Shown one piece after another: positions 56,253-64,000 of a stretch of 64,000 nt of DNA. Origin of the DNA: an uncultured Bacteroidota bacterium (lineage in GTDB: Bacteria; CLD3; SB21). Each line of letters begins with the position of its first letter. Position 1 is the first letter of the stretch. The notes beneath the pieces were generated by a model. It was not told where the DNA came from. It made no database searches and saw only the letters and a program-made list of their open reading frames with translations. Made by a program: the position numbers and the translations under genes. The stretch is taken from contig CAZLWA010000048.1 in NCBI GenBank assembly GCA_964563165.1, positions 10,086-74,085 of the forward strand, in the 5' to 3' direction.

Positions 56253-57011
56253 TTGCGGTATATGGAAAATATGACCCTTCATTTGCGCGTATGGCGTCAG
56301 AAAAATACTTCGAGCAAGGGTAGGATGGTCGACTACACGCTCACCGGCGTTTCGCCCGATATGTCATTTCTGGAAATGATGGACACGCTCAATGAAAAAT
56401 TAATTAAAGAAGGCGTCGAACCCGTCGAATTCGACAACGATTGCCGCGAAGGCATTTGCGGCATGTGCAATATGGTGATCAACGGCATCGCGCACGGCCC
56501 CCAAAAGGGCACGGCGACGTGTCAATTGCACGTGCGTAAATTCAAGGACGGCGATACGATCACCGTCGAACCCTGGCGCGCCAAAGCGTTTCCCGTTCTG
56601 AAAGATCTCGTGGTCGACCGCAGCGCGTTCGATCACATTATCGCGGCAGGCGGCTACACGTCCGTGAATGCCGGGGGCGCACCGGATGGAAATGCGATTC
56701 TGATCTCAAAGGAATTGGCCGATAAAGCGATGGACGCGGCGGCATGTATCGGCTGTGGAGCCTGCGTGGCTGCGTGTCCCAACGGATCGGCATCTCTTTT
56801 TGTCGCAGCAAAGATCGCCCAGTTTACGTTTCTTCCTCAGGGCCATCCGGAACGGGGGCGCCGCGCGCTGCGCATGGTTGAAAAAATGGACGAGCTGGAA
56901 TTCGGCGATTGCTCCAATCACGGCGAATGCGAAGCCGTTTGCCCGAAGGAAATTTCCATTTCACACATCGCCCTCATGCGCCGGGAATATCTTAAGGCCG
57001 CTTTCGACTAA
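56253..57011 (+). CDS. sdhB: Succinate dehydrogenase/fumarate reductase iron-sulfur subunit
   Basis: A 2Fe-2S motif (CREGICGMC) and two 4Fe-4S/3Fe-4S Cys clusters ([24 protein letters not shown]). Confidence 0.9.
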   Translation: MRYMENMTLHLRVWRQKNTSSKGRMVDYTLTGVSPDMSFLEMMDTLNEKLIKEGVEPVEFDNDCREGICGMCNMVINGIAHGPQKGTATCQLHVRKFKDGDTITVEPWRAKAFPVLKDLVVDRSAFDHIIAAGGYTSVNAGGAPDGNAILISKELADKAMDAAACIGCGACVAACPNGSASLFVAAKIAQFTFLPQGHPERGRRALRMVEKMDELEFGDCSNHGECEAVCPKEISISHIALMRREYLKAAFD

Positions 57012-57042
57012 GTTTTGCATCCAACAGCCCCAGTCTTTAAAA

Positions 57043-57075
57043 AGTTCCGTCTCCTCAGAGATGGAACTTTTTTTA
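57043..57075 (+). terminator. Intrinsic terminator after sdhB. Stem AGTTCCGTCTC/GAGATGGAACT followed by T7.
   Basis: Read from the sequence. Confidence 0.65.
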
Positions 57076-57149
57076 TGATTTTATTGAAACTTTGGCGGGG
57101 TCCTTCCGTATGGATATATGGTAAGACGGGGTTTCACTAAACCGCAAAG

Positions 57150-58892
57150 ATGTGGTATAAATTTATGAGAGATTTTAACATCAAAACCTTATTGATCGGC
57201 TTTTCCTTTTGGGCCATCGGGACAGCATCGCTTTTCTCCCAGCACGTCATTGCGGATCTGAAGAATTTCGAACCGGACAAGATCTACGTCAAGGGATTCA
57301 CGGTCAAGCGTACGTCCGCGATCGCCATCAATGCCGTCGGAGTGAAGGCGCAATCGCATAAGTGGAATCGCTGGAATCCGATGATCGCCTACGGATGGAT
57401 TTTGAACACCGATACGCATGAAGCCGTGTGGGCCATGTCTCCGGAAAATACGGGCAGGGCTTTGGGAACCAACAACCTTAAATTTGAAGGAACCCTGACG
57501 CTGGAACCGGGCAATTACGAAGCCTATTATTCCACTTACGGACAACGAATTATAAGAATTTCCAGGTCTGGAAGCTATCTCGGCGAATTTGTAAAGAATC
57601 TCGTGAAAGTGTTTGTCGAGGACGAGGATATATATGAAAACGCCGACCAATGGCATTTGAAGATCGTCACCAAGGATGGAGATAGTTTTGAAACTTTTGA
57701 CGGATCGAAATCCAAGAACGTTTTCGTGGATCTGACCGGCGCGCGCGACAGCGATTTCCTTGAAAAAGGATTTTCTGTTGATAAGAATATCAAAGTCAAA
57801 ATCTATTGCAACGGCGAAGGGCAGGACAGCCGGATGTTCGATTTCGGATGGATCACCAATGACAAGTCTGCCAAACAGGTTTGGGAAATGCGCTATGATA
57901 ATACGTCGTACGGCGGGGGTGCGGAAAAAAATCGCATATACGCCGGTATTATTACTCTGCCGGCAGGCGACTACATCGCAACGTATGTCACCGACGATTC
58001 GCATTCATTCAACGAATGGAATATGCAGCCGCCGTATGATCCTGCAAATTGGGGACTGTCCCTCAGCATCGTCGATGAAAACGATTTAACGTTCATCCGT
58101 GACTATAAAAAGGCCAAGAAACAGGAAATTCTGGCGATCACTAAAGTCAGCGATAATCAATTTCGTTCTGAAGGATTTTCGCTCTCCAAATCAACGGATA
58201 TTGTGATCTACTCGCTGGGTGAAGGACGCGACAGCCGCATGTACGATTACGGCTGGATTACCGATGCCAATACGGGGGAGACGGTTTGGCAGATGCGCTA
58301 CAGCGAAACTAAATTTGCCGGAGGGGATGAGAAAAACCGTTTGTTTGAAGGATCCATCACGCTGCCTCCGGGTAATTATATGGCTAATTACAGGACCGAC
58401 GGCTCGCATTCGTGCGAAGACTGGAATACCGATCCCCCGTACAACAAGAACAAATGGGGCATCACGCTGAGTTTGGCGAATAACAATGACACCAAGAACA
58501 TTTCAAAATACAGCGAGAGTGACGACCGGACGCTGTTGGCGCAGATTGTCCGCGTGGGTGACGATGAGTACCGTACCAGACCGTTCGCGTTGGAAAAAGA
58601 TTCCAAGATCCGGATCCTCTGTATCGGAGAAGGCAGGCACGGGCAAATGTATGACTACGGCTGGATCAAGAATACGGAGACGGGTCAAACGGTGTGGGAA
58701 ATGACCTTTGGTATGACGCGGCCTGCCGGCGGCGCCCAGAAAAACCGCATGCTTGACGGCACCGTTTTTTTGGAAGCAGGAAAATATGAAGTCACATTCA
58801 TCAGCGACGGTTCGCATTCATTCGAAGACTGGAACGACGATGCGCCGAATCAACCCGACAAGTGGGGCATTACGCTGAAGCTCGCGAAATAA
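57150..58892 (+). CDS. Secreted protein made of four tandem divergent repeats of about 130 aa of an unrecognised domain
   Basis: Signal peptide. Each repeat contains …IxxxGEGxDSRMYDYGWIxN…GxxVWxMxY…GGxxKNRxxxGxxxLxxGxYxxxYxxDxSHSxxxWNxxPPxxxxKWGxxLxL. Confidence 0.7.
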   Translation: MWYKFMRDFNIKTLLIGFSFWAIGTASLFSQHVIADLKNFEPDKIYVKGFTVKRTSAIAINAVGVKAQSHKWNRWNPMIAYGWILNTDTHEAVWAMSPENTGRALGTNNLKFEGTLTLEPGNYEAYYSTYGQRIIRISRSGSYLGEFVKNLVKVFVEDEDIYENADQWHLKIVTKDGDSFETFDGSKSKNVFVDLTGARDSDFLEKGFSVDKNIKVKIYCNGEGQDSRMFDFGWITNDKSAKQVWEMRYDNTSYGGGAEKNRIYAGIITLPAGDYIATYVTDDSHSFNEWNMQPPYDPANWGLSLSIVDENDLTFIRDYKKAKKQEILAITKVSDNQFRSEGFSLSKSTDIVIYSLGEGRDSRMYDYGWITDANTGETVWQMRYSETKFAGGDEKNRLFEGSITLPPGNYMANYRTDGSHSCEDWNTDPPYNKNKWGITLSLANNNDTKNISKYSESDDRTLLAQIVRVGDDEYRTRPFALEKDSKIRILCIGEGRHGQMYDYGWIKNTETGQTVWEMTFGMTRPAGGAQKNRMLDGTVFLEAGKYEVTFISDGSHSFEDWNDDAPNQPDKWGITLKLAK

Positions 58893-58910
58893 GAAATTCA
58901 GATTCACAAT

Positions 58911-58946
58911 AAAAAAAAGCGGTCTCCGATGACCGCTTTTTTTTAT
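58911..58946 (+). terminator. Intrinsic terminator: A8, GCGGTCTCCGATGACCGC, T9
   Basis: Read from the sequence. Confidence 0.65.
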
Positions 58947-59011
58947 TGGCCCGCAGAATTGACTTTGGTCGCTGAATATAGCTAAATTGCCTCCATAACA
59001 AAGGAGGTTCT

Positions 59012-59338
59012 ATGTTTGACCGGATCCGATTCACGCTCAGACGCAAATCCGTTCACGTAAGTTGCGACCCTCTCTTTATTACAGCCCACACGGCCTATCA
59101 CGGAGAGGGCAATGATATTCATATCCTGGAAAGGAATTTTGAGGGCTTCGACGTTACCGAACCGATTTCCATTTATGACAATTACAAAGGACTACAATAC
59201 AACATCACGAAAGACGGCGAGGCGTTTACCCTGACGATAGAAGAAATGTCCTTGAACAACCTGTTGAACCTGGGTTTGCCGCGTGAAGCCCTGGATGAAA
59301 CCATCATTCTGCAGAAGAGGCTTTTAAACCCAAGATAA
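59012..59338 (+). CDS. Hypothetical protein, 108 aa
   Basis: A strong Shine-Dalgarno AAAGGAGG lies 6 nt upstream of the ATG, and a hairpin terminator follows. Confidence 0.55.
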   Translation: MFDRIRFTLRRKSVHVSCDPLFITAHTAYHGEGNDIHILERNFEGFDVTEPISIYDNYKGLQYNITKDGEAFTLTIEEMSLNNLLNLGLPREALDETIILQKRLLNPR

Positions 59339-59351
59339 GATATTGACCTGC

Positions 59352-59383
59352 GAAGAAAGCGGTCCCCCGCGGCCGCTTTCTTC
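59352..59383. terminator. Hairpin GAAGAAAGCGG…CCGCTTTCTTC between convergent genes
   Basis: Read from the sequence. Confidence 0.5.
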
Positions 59384-59397
59384 GCCTCCGCAGGCGG

Positions 59398-62300
59398 CTA
59401 TTTTTCCAATATCAACGCCGGAATATCCTGCTCCTTCACCCGCGCATTAAAAGCGGGAAGCTGCTGCTCCAAAATCGGTTTAAGCTTTGATAACTGAACA
59501 CCCACTTTTGCCGCGAGCATTTCCAACACCCCATACGCCTGTTTGGTCGGCCGAGAATCGGCGGACGCGACGTTGCTGAACAGCGAAACTAATTTGTTGT
59601 TCAGTTTGATCGGAAAATTCAAAACGTCCTGGCTGCTTTTGGCTTTGGTCTGAATGAGTTCGTTTTCGATCACCGAGAGACTATCCGACAAAGGTTTGGC
59701 AAAATCTTTAATCCTTTTCGCGGCGGTAGTGTCTTTAATTTTCCCCGCCAGGTCATTGATCTGTTTTTGAATATTCCGAATCACATTGACCGCTTGGTGT
59801 GTTTCCGAAATTTTTCGGTGAATGGCCGTCAGCAGTTCCCGCTGCGCGTTCAAGTCTTCCAGAGAGGCTTCGACGCGAGGATCTTTTTTGATTTCAAAAG
59901 GCTGGGTTTGTGAGAACTTTCCCGCAGTCAGACGTACCTGATACTTCCCGGGAACCGCTTTCGGTCCGCGTAAATCGCCGTCCCACAAAACCGCGCCGGG
60001 AATTTCGACGGCGTCCGAATCGCGCAGATCCCAAACGAACCGGTTTTGCCCCGTGTCCGCGGGAACCAGGTCCATACGGGTTTCCTTGGGTTTCTCGTAG
60101 AATTCTTTCGATTCCTCCACGGCCTTTCCTTTCTTGTCTTTTTTGCTTGAATAGGACATGATCAATTTTCCGTTCGCATCGAGAAATTCAAGCCGTACCT
60201 CGTCTTTGGGCTTTTCCTTGAAATAATAATAAATGAAAGCTCCATTCGGAGGATTCTGACCGAGCGCCAGCCCGGGGCGACGGAATTGAAATCCTTCGGT
60301 GCGATACGCTTCCCGCGGCTTGAAAAGAACCGTTTCGGATCCGGCTACTTCATCCGACAATTGATACAGCGGCGTGACGTCGTCTAAGATCCAAAGTGAC
60401 CGCCCGTGCGTTGCGACGATTAAATCTTTTCCATGAACGATTAAATCATGAATCGGTACCACAGGCAAATTTAGCTGCAGGGATTGCCAGGAATCTCCAC
60501 CGGTAAACGAAACGTAGACGCCGGTTTCCGTTCCCGCATAGAGCAAGCCTTTTCTATTCGGGTCTTCCCGAATCACGCGCGTGTAATCATTTTCCCGTAT
60601 ACCGCCGGTTATTTTCTTCCATGTCTTTCCATAGTCTGCGGTCTTAAACAAATAAGGATGAAAATCATTCAGTTTGTAGCGTGTGACTGCGGCATACGCC
60701 GTCCCTGCATCAAACGGGGACGGCTCGATGATACTGACGAGCGATTCGGGTAAATCTTTCGGCGTAACATTCTGCCATGTAGCGCCGTGGTCAAGGCTCA
60801 GGTGAATGAGACCGTCATCGCTTCCGGCCCAGAGAACGCCTTTTTGAACCGGCGATTCGGCTAAAGAAAAAACCGTATTGTAATATTCCACGCTCGTGTT
60901 GTCCTTCGTAATGGGGCCGCCGGAAGATTTCTGTTTCGCAGTGTCATTCCGCGTCAGATCGGGACTGATCTCATCCCAGCTCATTCCTTCGTCCGTACTT
61001 CGAAAAACACATTGCGCAGCCGCATACAGGACCCGGGAATCGTGCGGAGAGATCAAGATCGGATAGGTCCATTGAAAACGGTACTTCAACGCCTGAGCTC
61101 CGGACCCGATTCCGTTATCGGGCCATATGTCAATGTTCTTTTCCTGCCCGGTTTGATAATTTAGTTTCGTCATATAGCCTTCGTAGCTGCCCCCGTACGT
61201 GAGGTGAGGTTTTTCAGGATTCACGGCCACGTATCCGCTTTCACCCCCCGCCGACGCATGCCAATCTTTAACGCCGATGCCGGCGCCCGATGTACGGCTG
61301 ACGATTTCGATCGTGCTGTTGTCCTGCTGAGCCGCGTACAGATGATACGGATATTGATTATCCGCAACGACGTGATAAAACTGCGCGGTGGCTTGATTTT
61401 CCTCCGTCCATGTCTTGCCCCCGTTGTAGGTCACTTCCGCGCCGCCGTCATCTCCTAATATCATGCGATCGGGGTTCGTCGGATCGATCCACAGATCATG
61501 ATGATCGCCGTGACGCGATGAGATGGTTTTGAAGGTTTTTCCCCCGTCCATGGACTTGTGAAATTCGACGTTTAAGACGTAGACCGTTTCAGGATTTCTT
61601 GTATCCGGATAAATCTCGCTATAGTACCAGGCACGTTGGCGCAAATTGCGATCGTCATTGACCCTCTGCCAGATTTGGCCCGCGTCATCGGAACGAAACA
61701 CCCCGCCGTTTTCATTTTCTACGATGGCCCATACCCGATCCGCCTGAACCGGCGAAAGTGCAATTCCGATTTTTCCGACGATGCCCTTCGGCATCCCAGG
61801 GTTTTTTGTCAGATCCGCCCACGTATCGCCGCCGTCGGTTGATTGGTATAGCCCTGAGCCCGGTCCGCCGCTGGACATGCTCCACGGATTGCGGTACGCC
61901 TCCCACAGGGCTGCGTAAATCACGCGCGGATTATTCGGATCGATCTTAATGTCCACGGCGCCGGTTCTTTCATCTTTGAATAAAATATTTTTCCATGAAT
62001 GCCCTCCGTCGGTTGAACGGTACACGCCGCGCTCTTTATTGGTTCCAAACATCTGTCCCATGGCGGCCACGTACACCCAATCCGGATTCTTCGGATGAAC
62101 GGCTATTCGTCCGATAAATTGCGTTTCTTTTAAACCCATATTCGTCCAGGTTTTTCCGGCGTCGAGTGACTTGTAGACGCCGTCGCCGTACGACATATTG
62201 CCGCGAATGCACGTCTCACCCATTCCGGCGTACACAACATTCGGATCCGATCCGGCTACCGCCAACGCGCCAACCGTTCCGGTTTTGAGAAATCCGTCGG

Positions 62301-62556
62301 AAACATTCATCCACGTCATTCCGCCGTCCGTGGATTTCCAAATCCCGCCTCCGGTGCTGCCGAAATAAAAGGTGTACGGCTGATCCGCGTGGCCCGCTAC
62401 GGCAATCGAACGCCCTCCGCGATACGGCCCGATGCTGCGCCATTGCAGTGCCTTATACAAGTTCTTGTCGAATGAGATTTTGCTTTTTTCCTGCCCGCTC
62501 CCGAGCGCGGAAAATACGATCAGAATGATCCCGGCTACGCATAAGGTGTGTTTCAT
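59398..62556 (-). CDS. Large secreted BNR/Asp-box repeat protein (sortilin/VPS10 or Ycf48-like double beta-propeller)
   Basis: 1052 aa with a signal peptide and many Asp-box motifs (STDGGMTW, SLDAGKTW, STDGGHSW, STDGGDTW, SDDAGQIW, SMDGGKTF, TYNGGKTW…). The C-terminal region is helical. Confidence 0.75.
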   Translation of the reverse strand: MKHTLCVAGIILIVFSALGSGQEKSKISFDKNLYKALQWRSIGPYRGGRSIAVAGHADQPYTFYFGSTGGGIWKSTDGGMTWMNVSDGFLKTGTVGALAVAGSDPNVVYAGMGETCIRGNMSYGDGVYKSLDAGKTWTNMGLKETQFIGRIAVHPKNPDWVYVAAMGQMFGTNKERGVYRSTDGGHSWKNILFKDERTGAVDIKIDPNNPRVIYAALWEAYRNPWSMSSGGPGSGLYQSTDGGDTWADLTKNPGMPKGIVGKIGIALSPVQADRVWAIVENENGGVFRSDDAGQIWQRVNDDRNLRQRAWYYSEIYPDTRNPETVYVLNVEFHKSMDGGKTFKTISSRHGDHHDLWIDPTNPDRMILGDDGGAEVTYNGGKTWTEENQATAQFYHVVADNQYPYHLYAAQQDNSTIEIVSRTSGAGIGVKDWHASAGGESGYVAVNPEKPHLTYGGSYEGYMTKLNYQTGQEKNIDIWPDNGIGSGAQALKYRFQWTYPILISPHDSRVLYAAAQCVFRSTDEGMSWDEISPDLTRNDTAKQKSSGGPITKDNTSVEYYNTVFSLAESPVQKGVLWAGSDDGLIHLSLDHGATWQNVTPKDLPESLVSIIEPSPFDAGTAYAAVTRYKLNDFHPYLFKTADYGKTWKKITGGIRENDYTRVIREDPNRKGLLYAGTETGVYVSFTGGDSWQSLQLNLPVVPIHDLIVHGKDLIVATHGRSLWILDDVTPLYQLSDEVAGSETVLFKPREAYRTEGFQFRRPGLALGQNPPNGAFIYYYFKEKPKDEVRLEFLDANGKLIMSYSSKKDKKGKAVEESKEFYEKPKETRMDLVPADTGQNRFVWDLRDSDAVEIPGAVLWDGDLRGPKAVPGKYQVRLTAGKFSQTQPFEIKKDPRVEASLEDLNAQRELLTAIHRKISETHQAVNVIRNIQKQINDLAGKIKDTTAAKRIKDFAKPLSDSLSVIENELIQTKAKSSQDVLNFPIKLNNKLVSLFSNVASADSRPTKQAYGVLEMLAAKVGVQLSKLKPILEQQLPAFNARVKEQDIPALILEK

Positions 62557-62654
62557 GAGGGTTTTCCTTTGTCGTGAAATATTGGATTGGCGGTTTCGGC
62601 CTTTTTTTTATATATTCAAGTTAGGTGATATACAATTAAAATTCCAAAACATTT

Positions 62655-63470
62655 ATGTGCCGCTTGGTCATCTATAAAGGTGCGGAAATTCCCATCAGCC
62701 GCTTGATCTTTGATCCCCCGCATTCAGTTTTCAAACAGAGTTTTGATGCAAAGGAAATGTTGTCGGGAAATATGAATGCGGACGGTTTCGGGATCGGGTG
62801 GTATAATCACGCGCTGAACCGGTCCCCGGCGGTGTATACCAACACCGCCGCCATCTGGAACGACTTCAATGCGCCGCGCATCATGAACAAAATCTCTTCC
62901 GGACTTATTTTTGCCCACGTCCGGGGCGCCTCGGACGGGATGCCGGTTACGATGACGAACACCCATCCGTTCGCCTATAGGAATTTTGTCTTCATGCACA
63001 ACGGCGCCATCGATGAATTTCCAGAGCTCGTTTTTCCTGAAATCGCCGGGAGAATAAATTCGCGGCTCTGGGCGCACGTAAAAGGCAACACCGATTCGGA
63101 ACATTTTTTTGCGCTGTGGCTGAGCCATTTGGATTGGAAGCAGCTGCATTCGGACAAGGGCGTTCCATTGAAAGCGCAGATCGCCGCGCTGCGTGAGACG
63201 ATTCGGTTTTTGGAAACGATCGCGAAAAAAAAGAAAATTGAAATGGTCTTGAATTTGGGAATATCCGACGGAGAGAATATCATCGCGGCGCGTTATCATT
63301 TCGGAAAACGCAAAGCGACGTTGTATGTTATCGGGGATTCGAAACGTTTTCCGCGATCCAAGATCATTGCGTCGGAAAAATTGTTCGCCGATACCCGCTG
63401 GAAAACCGTGCCGGAACGATCCCTGGTCGCGATTGATAAAAAGAATAATTTGTCGATTCAATCACTTTGA
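62655..63470 (+). CDS. Class II (Ntn) glutamine amidotransferase-like protein, YafJ type
   Basis: N-terminal MCRLVIYKG (a nucleophilic Cys2 after Met removal) and the GATase_2 fold. Confidence 0.7.
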   Translation: MCRLVIYKGAEIPISRLIFDPPHSVFKQSFDAKEMLSGNMNADGFGIGWYNHALNRSPAVYTNTAAIWNDFNAPRIMNKISSGLIFAHVRGASDGMPVTMTNTHPFAYRNFVFMHNGAIDEFPELVFPEIAGRINSRLWAHVKGNTDSEHFFALWLSHLDWKQLHSDKGVPLKAQIAALRETIRFLETIAKKKKIEMVLNLGISDGENIIAARYHFGKRKATLYVIGDSKRFPRSKIIASEKLFADTRWKTVPERSLVAIDKKNNLSIQSL

Positions 63471-63476
63471 AAACTG

Positions 63477-63614
63477 TTGCCCGCGAAACATGTGAAAAAA
63501 AACAGAAAACAAATTTTGCCGCTAAGACACAAAGTTTTAGTGTTTAAGAAACCTTAGCGTCTTGGAGTCTTAGGGGTTATGAATTTGTTGTTTCTTCGCT
63601 TTTTTCGCGGGCAG
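63477..63614. repeat. Family-2 gene-less inverted pair (TTGCCCGCGAAACATGTGAAAAAAAAC … TTCGCTTTTTTCGCGGGCAG) enclosing about 90 bp with ACACAAAG and CTTAGCGTCTTGG motifs
   Basis: The termini match those that bracket the GxxExxY gene. Confidence 0.7.
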
Positions 63615-63619
63615 GTCTC

Positions 63620-64000
63620 TTAACGAACCTCAAATTCAACCGGTTCGCTTCTGATTTTTCCTGTCCAGAGCCCGTAGGCCTTGCTTTGGTAGGAATTCTT
63701 ATACACCGCGCGCAGCTTGTACTTTCCGGGCGGAAACTTGAACGGGTCTTTTGATCCGTCATTCGCTAAAATGAATCCGCTCACGCACGTTGCTTTTTCT
63801 CCGGGATATAGGATCTGGACGTGTTTGGTCGACAGGTCAGGATAGTCGGCCCTGCGAAAAAAATATCTGGGATCGGGATCCATTTCAAAAGTGACTTCTT
63901 CGCCCTCATGATCAAGAAAATTGCCTGCAAATCTCGCGTTGATGAAAAAAACATCTTTCGATTCGTTCTTCAAAAACACATATGCGACAATGCTTTCGGT
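63620..64000 (-). CDS. Hypothetical protein, C-terminal portion. The ORF runs off the window edge.
   Basis: Open frame to the end of the window. No family recognised. Confidence 0.4.
   Translation of the reverse strand, partial: TESIVAYVFLKNESKDVFFINARFAGNFLDHEGEEVTFEMDPDPRYFFRRADYPDLSTKHVQILYPGEKATCVSGFILANDGSKDPFKFPPGKYKLRAVYKNSYQSKAYGLWTGKIRSEPVEFEVR

Overview
This 64 kb window is a bacterial chromosomal segment, probably from the FCB group (Bacteroidota, Ignavibacteriota, Calditrichota or a related candidate phylum). The indicators are a SusC-like TonB-dependent receptor with an N-terminal carboxypeptidase-regulatory-like domain, a PorV/FadL-like outer-membrane barrel, a type-B succinate dehydrogenase with a single cytochrome b subunit, and weak Shine-Dalgarno usage. 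Coordinates are good to a few bases.

Housekeeping content runs left to right:
- A SUF Fe-S operon, sufB, X, sufC, sufD, sufS, sufU and a DUF59 gene, where X is an unusual inserted membrane protein. An Rrf2-family regulator follows.
- An S9 dipeptidyl peptidase and an alpha/beta hydrolase.
- A lipid block: an LpxL-like acyltransferase, rnhA, a lipoate-protein ligase-family gene, pgsA and pgpA.
- A lone sucD with a lysine-rich tail, then aroQ and a candidate tRNA-Sec.
- A three-gene outer-membrane cluster, then dinB and a YdeP-type molybdopterin oxidoreductase.
- A complete hydroxyproline catabolic gene set.
- A ParA-like ATPase and a TonB-dependent receptor.
- The class II ribonucleotide reductase nrdJ, an sdhCAB operon and two large BNR/Asp-box secreted proteins.

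The most interesting feature is two unrelated families of dispersed inverted-repeat elements, each associated with a small PD-(D/E)xK-type nuclease gene bracketed by inverted copies of its repeat.
- Family 1 is a GC-rich hairpin, CCCCCTTGAAAAGGGGGTTAGGGGGATT, with longer variants ending GGGGGGATT and starting AATCCCCCC. It is found at 11 or more loci. Two DUF559 (Vsr-like) endonuclease genes sit between inverted copies.
- Family 2 is a 25-bp unit, GTTTTCGCGTGTTTCGCGGGCAAAT, plus related octamers of the form GCCACGAAG GCACGAAG. Inverted arrays of the unit bracket a GxxExxY nuclease gene inserted between sdhC and sdhA. Gene-less inverted pairs occupy at least 5 short intergenic gaps.

The arrangement resembles REP elements and their associated transposases, but with different nucleases. 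A repeat-dense island at 45.7-49.2 kb also carries a YefM-YoeB toxin-antitoxin pair and an orphan antitoxin. Several ORF N-termini and C-termini in the six-frame track are artefacts of translating these repeats, which produce the motif PPNPPL/FxKGG.
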